A stretch of DNA of 64,000 nucleotides from Lingula anatina (taxonomy: Eukaryota; Animalia; Brachiopoda), in contig CM120642.1 in the NCBI GenBank assembly GCA_051362555.1, positions 30,752,001 to 30,816,000 of the forward strand, in the 5' to 3' direction. Shown here in pieces: positions 1 through 13,490 of the stretch. The translations under genes were made by a program, and so were the position numbers. Numbering within the stretch: position 1 is the stretch's first letter; each line of letters opens with the position of its first letter. Under the pieces are notes generated by a model. The model ran no database searches, had not been told where the DNA came from, and saw nothing but the letters and a program-made list of their open reading frames with translations.

Positions 1-234
1 ACTGAATATATATGAGCTGTACAGTAATAAAGCTACTTTAAAGAAATTATATGAAAATAATTTCTTTTGATCTTCAAATTATTATCAATGACAAAAATAC
101 CAAAGAAGAAGATAACCAAAGGCCTTAATAAATACACAGGATGCCACTGGTTTGAACAATATTTGTCATTGCCATCAATTAACAAGCTAGACTGATATCA
201 ATAAATATCTATAAATATAGCATGCTCCAAGCAC

Positions 235-1185
235 CTGCAGGCTTGCTGTAACTCAGTCCATTCTGCATCTCGTATCCTCAAGTCTTCTATCAATCGGGAT
301 CTCAACACAGCATAACTCTCACTGATCTTCTTCTTTAACTCATCTGAAACAAAAAGATGTCTACATGTATATATACTCCAGATTTTACTTCAGAGATTGA
401 AAACAAGAGTGCTAATCAACACATGAAACTTTGCGTTAAGGGTATTTTGGTAAAAATAAAGCAAATTTATTACCCCCACAAGACACAGTAGGTCTTGACT
501 TATAGTTCCCCATCACTACTCCATGTACATGTTCCTCTACCACACATTATCTTCTAATCTTCTATATCACATGTCTGGTGCCTGCCAAGTCAAGCATGCA
601 GTCTAGCTGTTATCAGCTAGAAAAGAAAAATGAAGAATATAACTACATGATAACATGACCCATTTATGGATTTTGTTCCAGTTTTTTTTCTGTCTGTGCA
701 CATGGGAGCAGTCGTAAGCATAAAATATTCGCTTGCCCCGACCCCCCCCCCCCCCCTCCCCAGAGCCACCCCACCTTTTAACCACCCACTCGATACCTGC
801 AATTTGAACCCACCATTGCTGGGGAACTGCCATAGGAGATATGTGGTCATGAAGTAGCAGTTACCCTATGTCTATAGGTCAACAAGCTACAACTCAGCCT
901 CACAAAAATGTGGTTCATGGAGAAAAAAATGTGTTTTCCTTTACATTGTAGTACATGTACTTTACATACTGGCTCACACTAACTAGTAACTTGAAAGCCA
1001 TGTAGAATTGTCGATTCATTGGTTTTCTCGTCTACTCGTACTGAATATCTGATAATTATGAATCAAACATCCGTTGCCTAAGGTATTCACATAACTTTGT
1101 TTGAGGTAGGTAACCAAAAAATTCAGAAATACCAAAATATGTACCTCCTCCATAGTTGCAGCCGAGCAAGCATGGGCGCCGCCAT
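235..1185 (-). CDS. 5' exons of an unidentified protein-coding gene that continues left of the window (exons 1185-1145, 1048-984, 826-797, 343-235)
   Basis: ATG GCG GCG start at 1185. Four GT-AG exons with consistent phases (2,1,1,2) give MAAPMLARLQLWRRYSVRVDEKTNESTILHGFQVTIPQQWWVQIADELKKKISESYAVLRSRLIEDLRIRDAEWTELQQACR. No family recognised. Confidence 0.55.
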
Positions 1186-1597
1186 ATTTCCAAGACGCAC
1201 TCAACGACTAAACCAGACGAAATGTTCCACTTATAGGATTTACACTGAGTTTCGCCTTGGACATAATGACCAAGCCCAAATCTATCCATGAATTTGCTGG
1301 TTAACCTGAAATAATGGCATTTTTAAATATAAAAAAATATATTATTATCTTGTAGCTAAGGAAAGATCTCGTAATTTTTCAATTAAAATAGGCCTACATA
1401 TAGGCTAGTTAATTTAATCTAAGCTTACGTTACTTTCCGTCTGTTTTTTTTTTTTTTTTTTTTTTATTGTAGGGGATTGTAAGGGACGACAACTTTGTTA
1501 GAACATAAGGGTCTGTCTGATTATGAAAATGCAGGAGCACATTAAGGAGGGGTGATACCGGGCACTTTTCCCCCATAACCTCCCCCCACCCCACCCC

Positions 1598-1598
<1 letters not shown>

Positions 1599-1634
<36 letters not shown>
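1599..1634. repeat. (AC)n microsatellite
   Basis: About 18 perfect AC units. Confidence 0.95.
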
Positions 1635-1635
<1 letters not shown>

Positions 1636-3234
1636 AGTGAAAAGTGATACAGCCAACCTATCTTAATCCTAGACAAAATCAAATAGATGTATAGAGATTT
1701 TTTTTCATTCCTTGTCCTACATGTAGGCCCTACTGGTATACATCCTAGTAAAATTACCACGATTTATTACTTTATAGACAAAGAGCGAGGCTTTTTTCTG
1801 TTTGTCCTCAGCTCTCCACATTGATAAAATTCGGTCCCGCCAATGAAATAAATAAATAAAATTTGGTTCATCTAGATTACACGTATAAAAGATTTTAGAT
1901 GATTTTTTTCTTTCTCTCTTGGTAAGGTCTATGTCAATGAATTTGTAAATGGACCATATAAAGATTTCCGCTGTGATTGAAAAAGAAAGAATTAAATATT
2001 TGTATTAATTGTAGATGCAATTCGAATAAGTTCTCCAGTTAAGTCTATTGTCCGTATTTTTCTAGTTCATAATCAAATAATAATTCATGTAGCCCCAACT
2101 ACCCCATTATATACACAGTGTCTCCCAGTTAACTAAGATTGAAATTCCACCAGCAGATATCCAAGTAAACAGTCCACCAGCTTGGCTGGGCTCCCATGAC
2201 AGTGACGCTTTCCTGTTATCAGTTTGATGTTTGAGATTTAAGGGGTTATCCCGTATCTTTTCGCGAAGATATCAATCACAAATACTGTATCTGCAGTATC
2301 ATCTCCTGATTCTGACGAATGTTAAAAGCAAGGGGCGGGGTTAATATAGAAAACCCGGTGTCCTAGTGGAAGGGACTTTTTTTTATCAAAAGATACCAAC
2401 TCTAGATCTGATCCGTATCAAATATTTGCATGCTAAACTGCATTTCGATACTTTCACATGTGTTTCTTTGTTCATTTCGACAAGAGAGAAGACTGTCACA
2501 ATTGTTTGTTTTTTCTTTTGATTAATTTTTATTTCTATATAACTTCTAAGTATTACTTATGTAATACATGTATTTCGTTTTATTTCATCAATCCAAAATT
2601 CAGTGCAAAATATGTAGTGGAAAACATCTTCACGCACCCCTGTTTAGGGCTTAGAAACTCCAGCCACAGGTGTACTATTATCAGTCTATAGAAGAGCTAT
2701 TAGCATGCCAGTTTGTTAACCGCGTCGTCCAGGCGAGGAATAAATGGAAATACTTAACGCGTTCGAGTTACGGTTGAGGAAATCATTAATATCCATTTGT
2801 GAATTAGTAGTAGTTTAAACGTGAATCTTTAACATTTATTTCACTGAAAATAAAATATTTCTATTCTTGGTTACTCATTTCCAAGACTGAAATAAAATTA
2901 AAACAATTCCACCATTTTAAAGCAATCCACGAACCTTCATAGATTTTGAATTTAAATTATTTCATTCCCACACCTTGGCCTAAATAAGACTAGCCCGTTT
3001 TTGTTTGTTTGGTGTTTGAACCTCGTACGAAACTATTAATCCGTGTCAAATGCCCTGTGTACACTCTCCTTGACGCCTCCCAATACTGACAAAGCCGCAA
3101 AGAATGTTATCGAGGCCGATATTTTCGAAGTTTTAATTTTTTTATGAATGATTTAAAAGTCTTTTTGTCGAATTCGAGCGTCTTAAAATTACTGTCAGCA
3201 TCAAATCAAGGAAAAACTAATCCGTTGAACGATA

Positions 3235-6200
3235 ATGATTACAACGCTGTTGCTTGTCATTCTACATTTCGTCGCTGTGCTCATCAAGGGTAACGTATTT
3301 CTTAGACTATCACTTTTTACGATTAAAACAATTATGTTTAATTTGAATTTTGTTTGAAAATTTGAGGTATATCAAGATTTAACTGTAACATTGTTTTTTT
3401 TAGATGCCTTTCAATATTATTTTGTAATTTTACGAATACGGGATGATATATCAATTTTTGATTGCCTAAGAAGGAATACGGATTATCACGGAGAAATAAG
3501 CAGATATTTATTTCTCGTTTACATATTGATGGAGCCACTAAGAAATTTAGCTTTTATAATAATTACGGAAAAACGTTGCTTTAGGTAATGTAATATACTT
3601 CAAATTAAGATAATATAATTGCATATTTACGAAACTAGATGCCTTAGAAAACGTAAACACATCTTGCCTATCTATGGAACTCACCAGAAACAGTCATTAA
3701 ATCATCTTCGTCACTTCGTTTTGCCAAAAATGTTTAAATGATAATAATAACAACAATGAAAATAACAATAGCTTTAGTATTTCTAAGTTAATACGATTAA
3801 CTGTTGAATTGGAAATCTGTCCTTTTGGTTTTCTCGTCCCATCTGATTTGCATTTTTATCGCAATATTGTCGATCAATGTATTTGATATTTAAAATGAGC
3901 ACAGTTTTGTTGAAATACATGTAACATTTCGATATCCCTACATCTCATTCAGTTTCGCGTTTGATTTTTGAGCAAAATGCACAAAAAAATGAAAAGCAAA
4001 GTACATGTACAACTGTAAATTGCGAGCCCTTTTTGTCACTTAGACTTTTATTTTATTATTATTTTTTTTTAAATTTTGATAAAACTTTTCTATCAGTGTC
4101 TGAATAAATGACTATAGTTAACATTTCATAATTCTTGTTTAATTCTATTTGCAAATCGTTGCTTTTGAAAAAGGATTCCAAATCGTATTTTGAACATATT
4201 CCATCAGTAATGAAGCACACGTTTTAAAGTTGGCCACAATTGACATAGGGCCTACCTTATTTACAGGCAGCCACTTTTGTGGATCAACCATCAACTGGAA
4301 GCCTTCGGAAACAGATGTAAAACAAGTAATAAATACTATCATCTCATTTATCTCATTTATATCTCAACTGAACTAAAACTCCGTACCTTTTAATGAAGTA
4401 TGAGTGTGTGTGTGTGTATGGGGGGGGGGGGGGGGCTGCATGGTGTATTAAAAAAAGAATGCATTTGAAATCTGATGTTTAATTTATTAAATTTTTTAAT
4501 CTTTCATATTTTCTATGCGGTCCATTGTATTCATTTTGAGTGTTGGGGATTATTGGACATAGTCTAACAGTCGAATTTATTGCTAGAACAGTTTTAATAG
4601 TAAGCACCTTCGTCTACTTTTCATCCTAAAAACGTGTTTTTTAACAAAGCTTCCATAAAAGTTTCCATAAATCACAGATTCGGTATGTCCAGTTTGTTAT
4701 TGGGCTGCAGGTCATCTTCAACTGGCAGGCAGCATGGACTAAGGGTGCAGGACCATGTGGCGCTGGGTGCACTGACGCCAGTGTTGGTAAGAACGGTTCT
4801 CTGTCCCAGGGGTTCTGGCAGTGTCTGGATGGGTGTGGCAGGTTATTGAATCTGGCACAGCACACCTACGTGCTGACGGGCGTTAGTGACTTTGAACGGT
4901 GGGAGCAGGGGGAAAATACCTTCAGCTATACTTTTCCTGATCAAGGAGAGTATCAGATTGGGTAAGTATATTCACTCTCCTTTTTTCTGTCTGTCTGTTT
5001 GTGTGTCTGTTTTTCTGAATTTATTATTGTGAATAATCGTATTTCCGTTATTAAACATTACGTGACAAAATTTATATTAATAGTGCTGAAAACCTTAATT
5101 GTTACCGTTAAGATTTTAATTATTAAATTCAATCTTTGATTTTAAGAAAGATCCATTGTTTTGGACCCCGTAAATATGTTTTGTTGGTTACAGCCTACAT
5201 TTCTTATAAGTCTGCTTGCAGATCCTATTTAGTTTCATTGAGACTAATCTTGACATTGATGACATTTCCGTCACCCCAGGCCAGCTTCAGTTTTAAATGT
5301 TCAAATCACCGGTCCGTTCTACAATAAAAACAAATGATTTTAAAATTAAAGCACCATGTATTTAGGTTTTTGTAGATAATGCTATCTACGCCCGGCTCGA
5401 GCTCTGTGATTGATCAAGTAGCCCTGAAAGAAATACTTCTCCAAATGCAAATTTTTCTCTTTAAGTTGCTTAGGCAATTTATTATAATTTCCATTATAAT
5501 CTAAGATTCACGGGAAACGCCTGGCGAACTTTGAGTTACGGCACCGGTGGTAGTTGGCGGATACAGACGGACGTCGATCTGGGAAACCGCAGTGATATCG
5601 GGCGCCCTAACAGCAGCCCAGTTGTTGCCAGCAAAGGTATCTACAGGTAATCAAGATCCCCCAACCTCATGTTAAACTGAATTGGTTTTTTCTACGTTAT
5701 TTGATTAATGTGTGCAAGGGCTACAATTATAAATTTATACTGTAGTACGAAGTGAAATATTTGGCAAAATTAAGCAAGTATTTCATAGGTAGATTTATGA
5801 CTGACGAACTGAGACATTCATACTGCAGGAATTGGCAAAAGTCCCATAAAATGGACCAATATACGCAACCACGTGAACAGCAGGGAAATTAGCTTGTGAG
5901 GAGTTTTGAAGTTGCTACTTCTGCTTCTACTGGAAAAAACATCGAAAACGAGAAAAGATATGTTACCATCTAGTATTCACCCTCAACACATCGTTCGCGT
6001 TATGGATATTTATTATCAGAAATGCACGAAGTGAAAAGAGTCCTAAAACATAACATGCCAGGACATATCTCAGATGTTTACACCACTTGCCCTCCAGAAA
6101 GTTCGAAACGATTTAGAATTGATTTCCTTGCAAATTGATTATTTGAAAAATGTGAAATAAGTTGGATATTTTAAGTAAAAGTCTCCAGTTATTCTAAAGT

Positions 6201-8060
6201 TAACAGCATTTGGACAGCTACTTGTTCATGTTTGAAAATGACCGGTGGTACCAACACTGACGACCGCCTTGAGAATCTATAAACATTCGTCTCATACTGG
6301 TGACAAACTACCAGTCCTTTTGATAAGAGTGACAGTTAACTAAGACCCCGTGTGTCTTATCTTAAACATCTACTTAGAGGTCAATAAACAATACTTAAGG
6401 TACGTCCAGTGGGGTATGGTCACCTTGCAGGGGGCAACTGGACGCTATGGGAATGTGGCGTGCTGTACCTCAGCACGTGTTCTTGGTGGGGCAGAGGTAC
6501 AGCGCAATCCAACCATTTACATAACACACACTAGGCGCAGTGTTTCATCACCGGAAGAATTTTTTACAGGGAATCACAGGGGACGTCGATGCTCAAGGCC
6601 AAACGCTTTAGGCGATACCACTTAAGAATATATAAGTCAAAACCGAAACGCCTTTTATTGAAGCTTCTCTAGAAACCCGTTTGTTTGGATACATAATATT
6701 AATTAATTCTTATTGTTTTATATATATTTATACCATGGTTCCCCATTTTGACAATGTTTTTATTGTTTTAAGATAGTGTTACATGTATGACTTTGTATGG
6801 ACCCTAATCAAAAAACAAAAATGACCGTCAATGACGATCAAATTTTATTAAAAGCATGGTTCGTAGTTGCAGTAAGAGCCAAGTGAGTTACAGTTGATAT
6901 CTATTGTAAATATTTTTATAGTTTTAATTGTCAATTGACACTGGATTTCATTTTTAAACAGAGGGAACGCTGACTGCAGGTTTATTCTCCACCTTACTGT
7001 GGTGGACCCGGACCGCGACACCGTAAGATGCAGATGGGCAAACGGAACTGATGAATGTGCCAGTATTTGCCGCTCGCTACCAAACGCCTTTTTAGACGAG
7101 GTGAATGTTTGTGTTGACATTTAATTCGTTAGACGATGGCAATGCAGTTATGTGAGTTTTTCATGTGTGCCATAATAGCAAATGTTTTTCAGTGTGTATT
7201 ACGTCTGATGGAAACGCAGTAACAGTTTACTTTTAGAAATTCTTTTCTTTCTTCCCCTTTTTTTTTCGAAGATGGAAGTGGGGGCGGTGTTATCAAATTT
7301 TTGTTATACGCTTTTCCTGCATTTAGAAAACTCACACTGGATTGTTTTGAATTAATCCATCGTGTACATTTTGTATTGTCACAAACCATGCATAGCACTT
7401 TAATTTGGTGATCTTCGATATTTTGATGGCTCAAAATCCCGCGTCTGTAGCGAAAGAAATACATGAAATCGTGCTATGCTCCTTGTCTTTGGGTGAAAAT
7501 CTGTTGTTTTTTTTCGTGTCATTCAGCTCACTAAACTGTTGATGGGTGAACGTGAGCTCTCTGAATACAGACTCGTTTCACTTGGCCTTAAGGTACTATA
7601 AGTATTCTCACTTACAGGAAAAATGTACCATCGAGATCAAGAACACTTCCCGTGCTAACGGTTACATTTCAAACGGATGGTACGCCGTGGCCATTACCAT
7701 TGAGGATTTCCCAAGAAGCACCATTCGTCAAGGGGGTGTCATCAAAACTAGGAATGATAAACTCAGCTCAGTGCCCTTGCAGGTGGGAAAACGTATCATA
7801 CCCCTGTATGCCTTGTTTTGAGCTAGTTAAACATTCTTTGGAAGGTTAAACGTTAAATCATATTTTTATCAAAAATTGGTAGTCTAGTTAACAGAATTGT
7901 AGTAAAAGTATGACAAGTGATTTGATATTTTAAAAAAATCTTATATCAATATTTGGTTGAGTGATATTACCGGTTCCTTGTATGGATACCAATAACACCA
8001 GACAGCAACAAGAAAAACAAGTTTTCAAATAGGAGCTCTTGAAGGATCGACTTTCAAGTA

Positions 8061-8095
<35 letters not shown>

Positions 8096-11049
8096 ACACT
8101 TTGTCTCAGTTATCAATGATTTCTTTCTACACATTTTTTTCAGTTTTTAATCACGTTCCCAGATCTGGGTGTATGTGATGCTGCCCCCACAGTCTTGCAG
8201 TGCGGGGCAGCCACCAATGGTACAGTCTCCATTGCTAGTGGCTCCACCTTCCGCGGCAAGATATACGCCAGAGCGGCCAACGCATCTGCACCGTAAGCTG
8301 GCTCACATTTGCTTTATCGTCATCATCACCATTATTATTATTATTATTATTTATAATGTAATTATAGCTGTTGTTGTTTTTGTTTGAATTTTTTTCTGTA
8401 TTCTTTTAATTGAATTCAAATTTAACCAATTTTGAAACTTTAATCTACTGTATATTACTGGTTATGCACAGCAGAAAATTTTAATTTGAATATTTTCCAG
8501 AAGATACCTTTGCTATAAGCCTGCAGAGAGATCTGATGGGCTGCTCTGTGCTTAGAAGGTTTTACAGTAAAATATAAATAAACCTACTAGCACACTTTTT
8601 TGGACATATGGTCCTTTCTTTTTTCAGAGTGACATCGGTGAACGTGGTGGGGCCCGTGGGTATGATCAAAGGACCCATAGAACCAGACGACCTCCACAGG
8701 CCAGGCACAGTGAGGATGAATATTACCTGGACGCCAAGACCCGACCAGACTGGAAACGTTGTCGTCTGCTGTGAGGCGGTCGATTTTGCAAAGTATAATA
8801 TGTCTTCCTTGATTTGACAGCTTATCAAAAATTGGATGTCTCTCCTTTATGCCGTGTCACTTTCCATGAAGTTTAAAAAATAAGTGGATAAATGTACTAG
8901 GCTTATGAATGGCTGTTCTGGGGAGAGACGCGGTGAGTCACTTGCTCCCGCTTGCTTCAGGAACGTCCCCTCTCATAAGAAATATTAAAATATATACATA
9001 AACGTAACCCCTAGAACTTTCTTTTTGAATGGAATTGTTCACTCTTTAAACCGAGCCATAGATAAAATATGGACGTACGTAGACTTCTCACAAAGGCGAA
9101 GGCATACGTTATGCCCATTTTTAGGTTATGTTGATTTTCATTTTTCAGCCGTCCAAGTGAATCAGTGTGCGTCACATTGCGGGCTAACGGTATGCAGTGT
9201 TTACAACACGTGATAATGTGATCAAATGCTACTTGTAAAGTGAAAACTTTTATGCGGCTTAGCCATTCTTCTTGGCAAATATACATAACTTTTCATTTTT
9301 AAAACTAATAAAAGTCAATTATTTTTGAGGCTCGTCATTGTGTACAAAGTTAACTTTATCCGTCACCTATCATTTGACCATTTTAACAGCACGCAAGTAT
9401 ATCCATGTTTTTCAGATGATTGCATAAGCATGCCCTGTAAAAATGGAGGCACGTGTATTGATATGAACAACAACTACAATTGCATCTGCAAGCCTGGATT
9501 CACCGGAAGGAACTGCCAGATAGGTGCAGGTAAGTGAAAGTGAAACAAAGTTTGGAAATTGCTCTATAAGAAATGAAAATTTGTACCCGAAGGTGTGGGG
9601 AAACGTTTTAGTGCGCGATGAAATTCTCAGTTTGGTAGAATGGCGTATATATCTTCCATTTCCTTACTAAACAAGATCTACATATGCAACATACGGAAGG
9701 TAACACTTGATAATGCCTTATCGTAGAGACATTTGGAACAAAATATACTGTACTTTCGGACGCCTTATTGTCTGCAAAACGATCGTTGTTTGAAAAAAAT
9801 CCATTTCTTTCAGAGACAGTTATGCATTATTCACTAACCAGACCGTTAGGAATCACATTGTTTAATGCATAGGCTACAAATAATTGCTAATCGTTTATCA
9901 ACAAGGGCCGTTTATGGGATTTGGGTTCACTTAAATGACCCCCTGTCCTTGATAGATGTTCTCTGCATATATCCCAAAGGCATGCTACATCCTTTTAAAA
10001 TAATGACTGACGATGCCCTTTATAAAAATTGTATTTATCCTTAACATGAAAATGTCAGAATGCTTTTAACCACCGTTCACTGGGCTTAAACCAAGCGAAG
10101 GAAAAACGGATGTTAGAACAATTAACGTAATCGTGGGGTTTTACCGAGATTGAAGCAGTAGTGAGTCTTTAGTACTAAAACAATACCCAATGCACTATTA
10201 ATGCATTACATTTTTGCACCAAAGTTCCACGTTCGTATCCATTTTTCATTGTCTATTTACAGTTATTTCACCCACAACAAAAAATGCGCCCCTGAGCTCA
10301 GTCAAGCTGCATCCGACTAGGACCGTATTTGCCACAAGCCAAGCAAGCACCGATTTCAGTGTTACACACCAACCAGCGACGCCCGTTTTTGTCGCTCAAT
10401 CAAGTCAAGTAACGGGTGAAAGAACCTCGCAAGAAACACCAACGACAACTCTGAAGCTTGAGCGCTGGCCAAATAGAGACATATTGAAATCTTCGGTCAG
10501 TTACTCTCCGTTTGTTTTTCTCCTGGCCCTGTTACTTCTACTGCCTTGTATGATATTTGCCTTAAGTCGGAACAGGAGCAGAAAGAGGTAAAACTATCAC
10601 TCTGTGCTTGTATTTGTGTCCCGATCATTGTCTTTATTAATCCCCGTCTAGATGTGCACTAAAACAACGTAATACAAATAATTCTTTATCAGCTTTATCA
10701 GCTATTATCAGCTAATTTACAATATTACCAAAAGATGCGATTGTCATCATCCCGGATAAAACATGCTATAAATAACTGTTTTCAAAACATTAGTTACTAG
10801 GCAACTATACCAAAATTAGAAGAACAATAGCACGCCCTATCCGTTCATGCACTATACTTTCACTGTCACTGTATCTCATTCCCTGCTACTAGCTTTTAGA
10901 TAAACGTGTACATTCATCATTGCAGACAAAAAGTAGAACCCTACGACGCCAGACGGCGCCAGGTGCCTCGGCCACAGCCAAAACCAAACCCTTCAGCGCG
11001 ACAGAAACAGTCTGCCAGAGTGGAACAGTTGCACGTTATGGATTTCTAA
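3235..11049 (+). CDS. Type I membrane protein, ~575 aa: signal peptide, Sib/'integrin beta-like' ectodomain, one EGF repeat, S/T/P-rich stalk, TM helix, short basic tail
   Basis: 12 phase-consistent exons (3235-3289, 4267-4325, 4711-4961, 5506-5646, 6962-7100, 7618-7782, 8144-8292, 8628-8792, 9149-9189, 9416-9529, 10263-10587, 10926-11049; 1728 nt). Motifs [57 protein letters not shown]; [37 protein letters not shown]; [21 protein letters not shown]. Confidence 0.85.
8061..8096. repeat. (TAAA)9 microsatellite
   Basis: Perfect tetranucleotide run in an intron. Confidence 0.95.
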
Positions 11050-11474
11050 AGTGATACGAACTTTCAATTGTTAAATAATGTTTTATCAGATGAAGGAAAA
11101 GAAATGAAGGAAAAGAAATGTCATACTTCTGAAAATCTCACAAGAGGTGTAACCTAAAAACAGTAATTTATTTTTAACAATATATTTTTGGTATGGAGGG
11201 TGTTACATGTATATCAAAACAAAGATATGCGTAAAACCTGAACTTTAACGGAGGTGAAAATATCTATACTACTGTACATGTGATACTACACATGAGTTAA
11301 CTGGGAACATTAAAAGAATATATCTTATGCATGTGGAGAATAAAATTGATTTTTAAATTTTAAAAATGAAGTTTGACCAATTAAGATGATTGTCTTTTTC
11401 TCTACGCATCAGTGTAACTTGTAAGTCAGATAAAATAAAAAGTTACATTTATAAAATATTCTTTGGTATAATGA

Positions 11475-11546
11475 TCTTGAGACTGAACGCATGGCCTCCG
11501 CTTTCGCTTCAGAGGTGAGCACTCTGCCATCAGACCATACAATCGG
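11475..11546 (-). mobile_element. Degenerate tRNA-derived (SINE head-like) fragment
   Basis: Minus strand reads TGGTCTGATGG (A-box-like), then CAGAGTGCTCACCTCTGAAGCG, then GTTCAGTCTC (B-box-like). No convincing cloverleaf. Confidence 0.35.
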
Positions 11547-13490
11547 GATTGTACTGTTTTCGCTAAATTGATAATGTCATTTAAGTGCATCTAACATGAT
11601 GAATTTACTAGTTGTATAATACATGTACTTAAAAAAGAAAGGACAGGTTGGGGTATATTTTCACGCTTTGTAGTGAATATTTTAATCACTTGAAGGGCTT
11701 GATACACATGGACAATATAAAACAGTAGTTCTCTTCTGTAACTATACACCAAGAGATTTGACACTGTTTAGTGGTGAAATAAATGCATATGGCATATCAC
11801 ATCTCAGTGTTATGTTGACTTTCCATTTATTCCCACTATTTTCCACGTCTGCTTGTAATGAGATAGCAGAATGCGCCAGTGCCTGGTTACAACAGTGGTG
11901 ACTGCTAAATGGATAAATACATAGATATACACTCACTGTACATGTACATACAAACGGGACATAGCCAATATACGGCATATGTGGCAGTGGCGGATTTGGG
12001 GAGGATGATAGGGGTACCCTCTTGAAATTAGAATTTTGACTACCTGAATCGTAAACTGTACCAAAATACCAACATTTTTCGGGGCCCTTTAGCGGACCCA
12101 GAACTCCACACCAAGGGGGAGGGACATATGACATATAATATAATATAATATATTATAAGCCCCCGGTACTTCAGCCTATTTATCACGTTGTCCTCATGGC
12201 AGGAAATGGCATAAACTGAAGTCTGGCTGCGAACCGGTTGGTGATCACTGCGTACTGTATCATCTCTGGTAATTCATCCACTCGTCCAATTAATCACGAT
12301 GTAATTGCTTGCGTAACCTGGAACCATCTATCTTAACGTGTGTTAAATGGAGAAGAAATGTCAGTTGTTAGGGGAAATGGTTGCAAAAAACGAATTAAGG
12401 CGCGGAACAGTGTGCTTATCATTGGAAACATTCCTACCTACAGGGACGTGTCTCATTAAAGAACATTGGTTGTAAGTTGGCCAAATGGAAGTACTGAGTA
12501 TACTTAGCTCCACAACAAATAGACGTAAATTGATATAAAGCAACTGCCTGCTTTTAAATTTTTTTGTGGAATAGGCCCATTGCCTAATTTCAGTTTCTGT
12601 GGACTTCTGATGTTATATTTTTGGAGGAGGTACTCAAGAAATTTAGTCTTATCCTAAAAAGATCACCTTGAGACCACGTGCCAAGATAATGCCAATGTTG
12701 TGTGATAAGAAGAACAAATCTTTGCCAACCACTGCTTTTCATTCGTCCGTATGATTCATCCAATACAACATTGGATCCAATGGAATATTCGCATATTTGT
12801 TATGTAATAATAAAACAATTAAATACTTGATACTTGTAGATATACTTGTGGTCATTAATATTTGAAACTGGACGCTTCCATTAAGGCTAAGCACTAGCCC
12901 TAGAGTTTAAAGGTGGTAAAATACGATTAGGTCTTAATCTGATTGATGATCATTGTAGATTACCCTAATTCCTAAACCAAGGGTAAAATGTTTTACACTG
13001 AAAGGCTATTTAGCGATCATCAACAGGAGATATGATATCCATGTACCAAAGAAAATGGATTAAACCGGCTGCTGTACTTGGTATGATAACGTGGTGGCAA
13101 ATAAAAACCAATTAGTTGTAAAGGATATTAAAGAGTGACCGCAAGTGACCAACCTGTCACAGAGCATGCAATGCATGGATAGAGCACAGTTCTGCCACTT
13201 CTGGGACATTTGCCGGCTATTGAGCCGCCGGCCTTGACTTGCCTTCTGTTCCGGTTTACTGAAAGGGGAATAGTTATAACTTCAAAGTTACCACTCGGAG
13301 ACAACAATACATAACCAACAGACTGATATAAGGTGCTGAATGATTGGTTAGCTCGAGCTGTTCACGCTTTCTGCGTCCCTGGAGCCTTGGCCAAATCATA
13401 TAACATGTCAATTCTTTGAAGAATACCAGACCGACTTTTTACAAATTAGACTGCATTTTGTCTGTATGCCGTGTACGGTATTTAAATACA

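Noticed and set aside
1430-1760. ORFs with poly-CV tracts (also 34219, 45853-46214, 61862)
   Set aside because: The poly-CV tracts are translations of (GT)n microsatellites or intron read-through
11985-12175. hAT-type MITE starting CAGTGGCGGATTT; a similar end fragment lies at ~62910-62957
   Set aside because: No matching opposite TIR or TSD found
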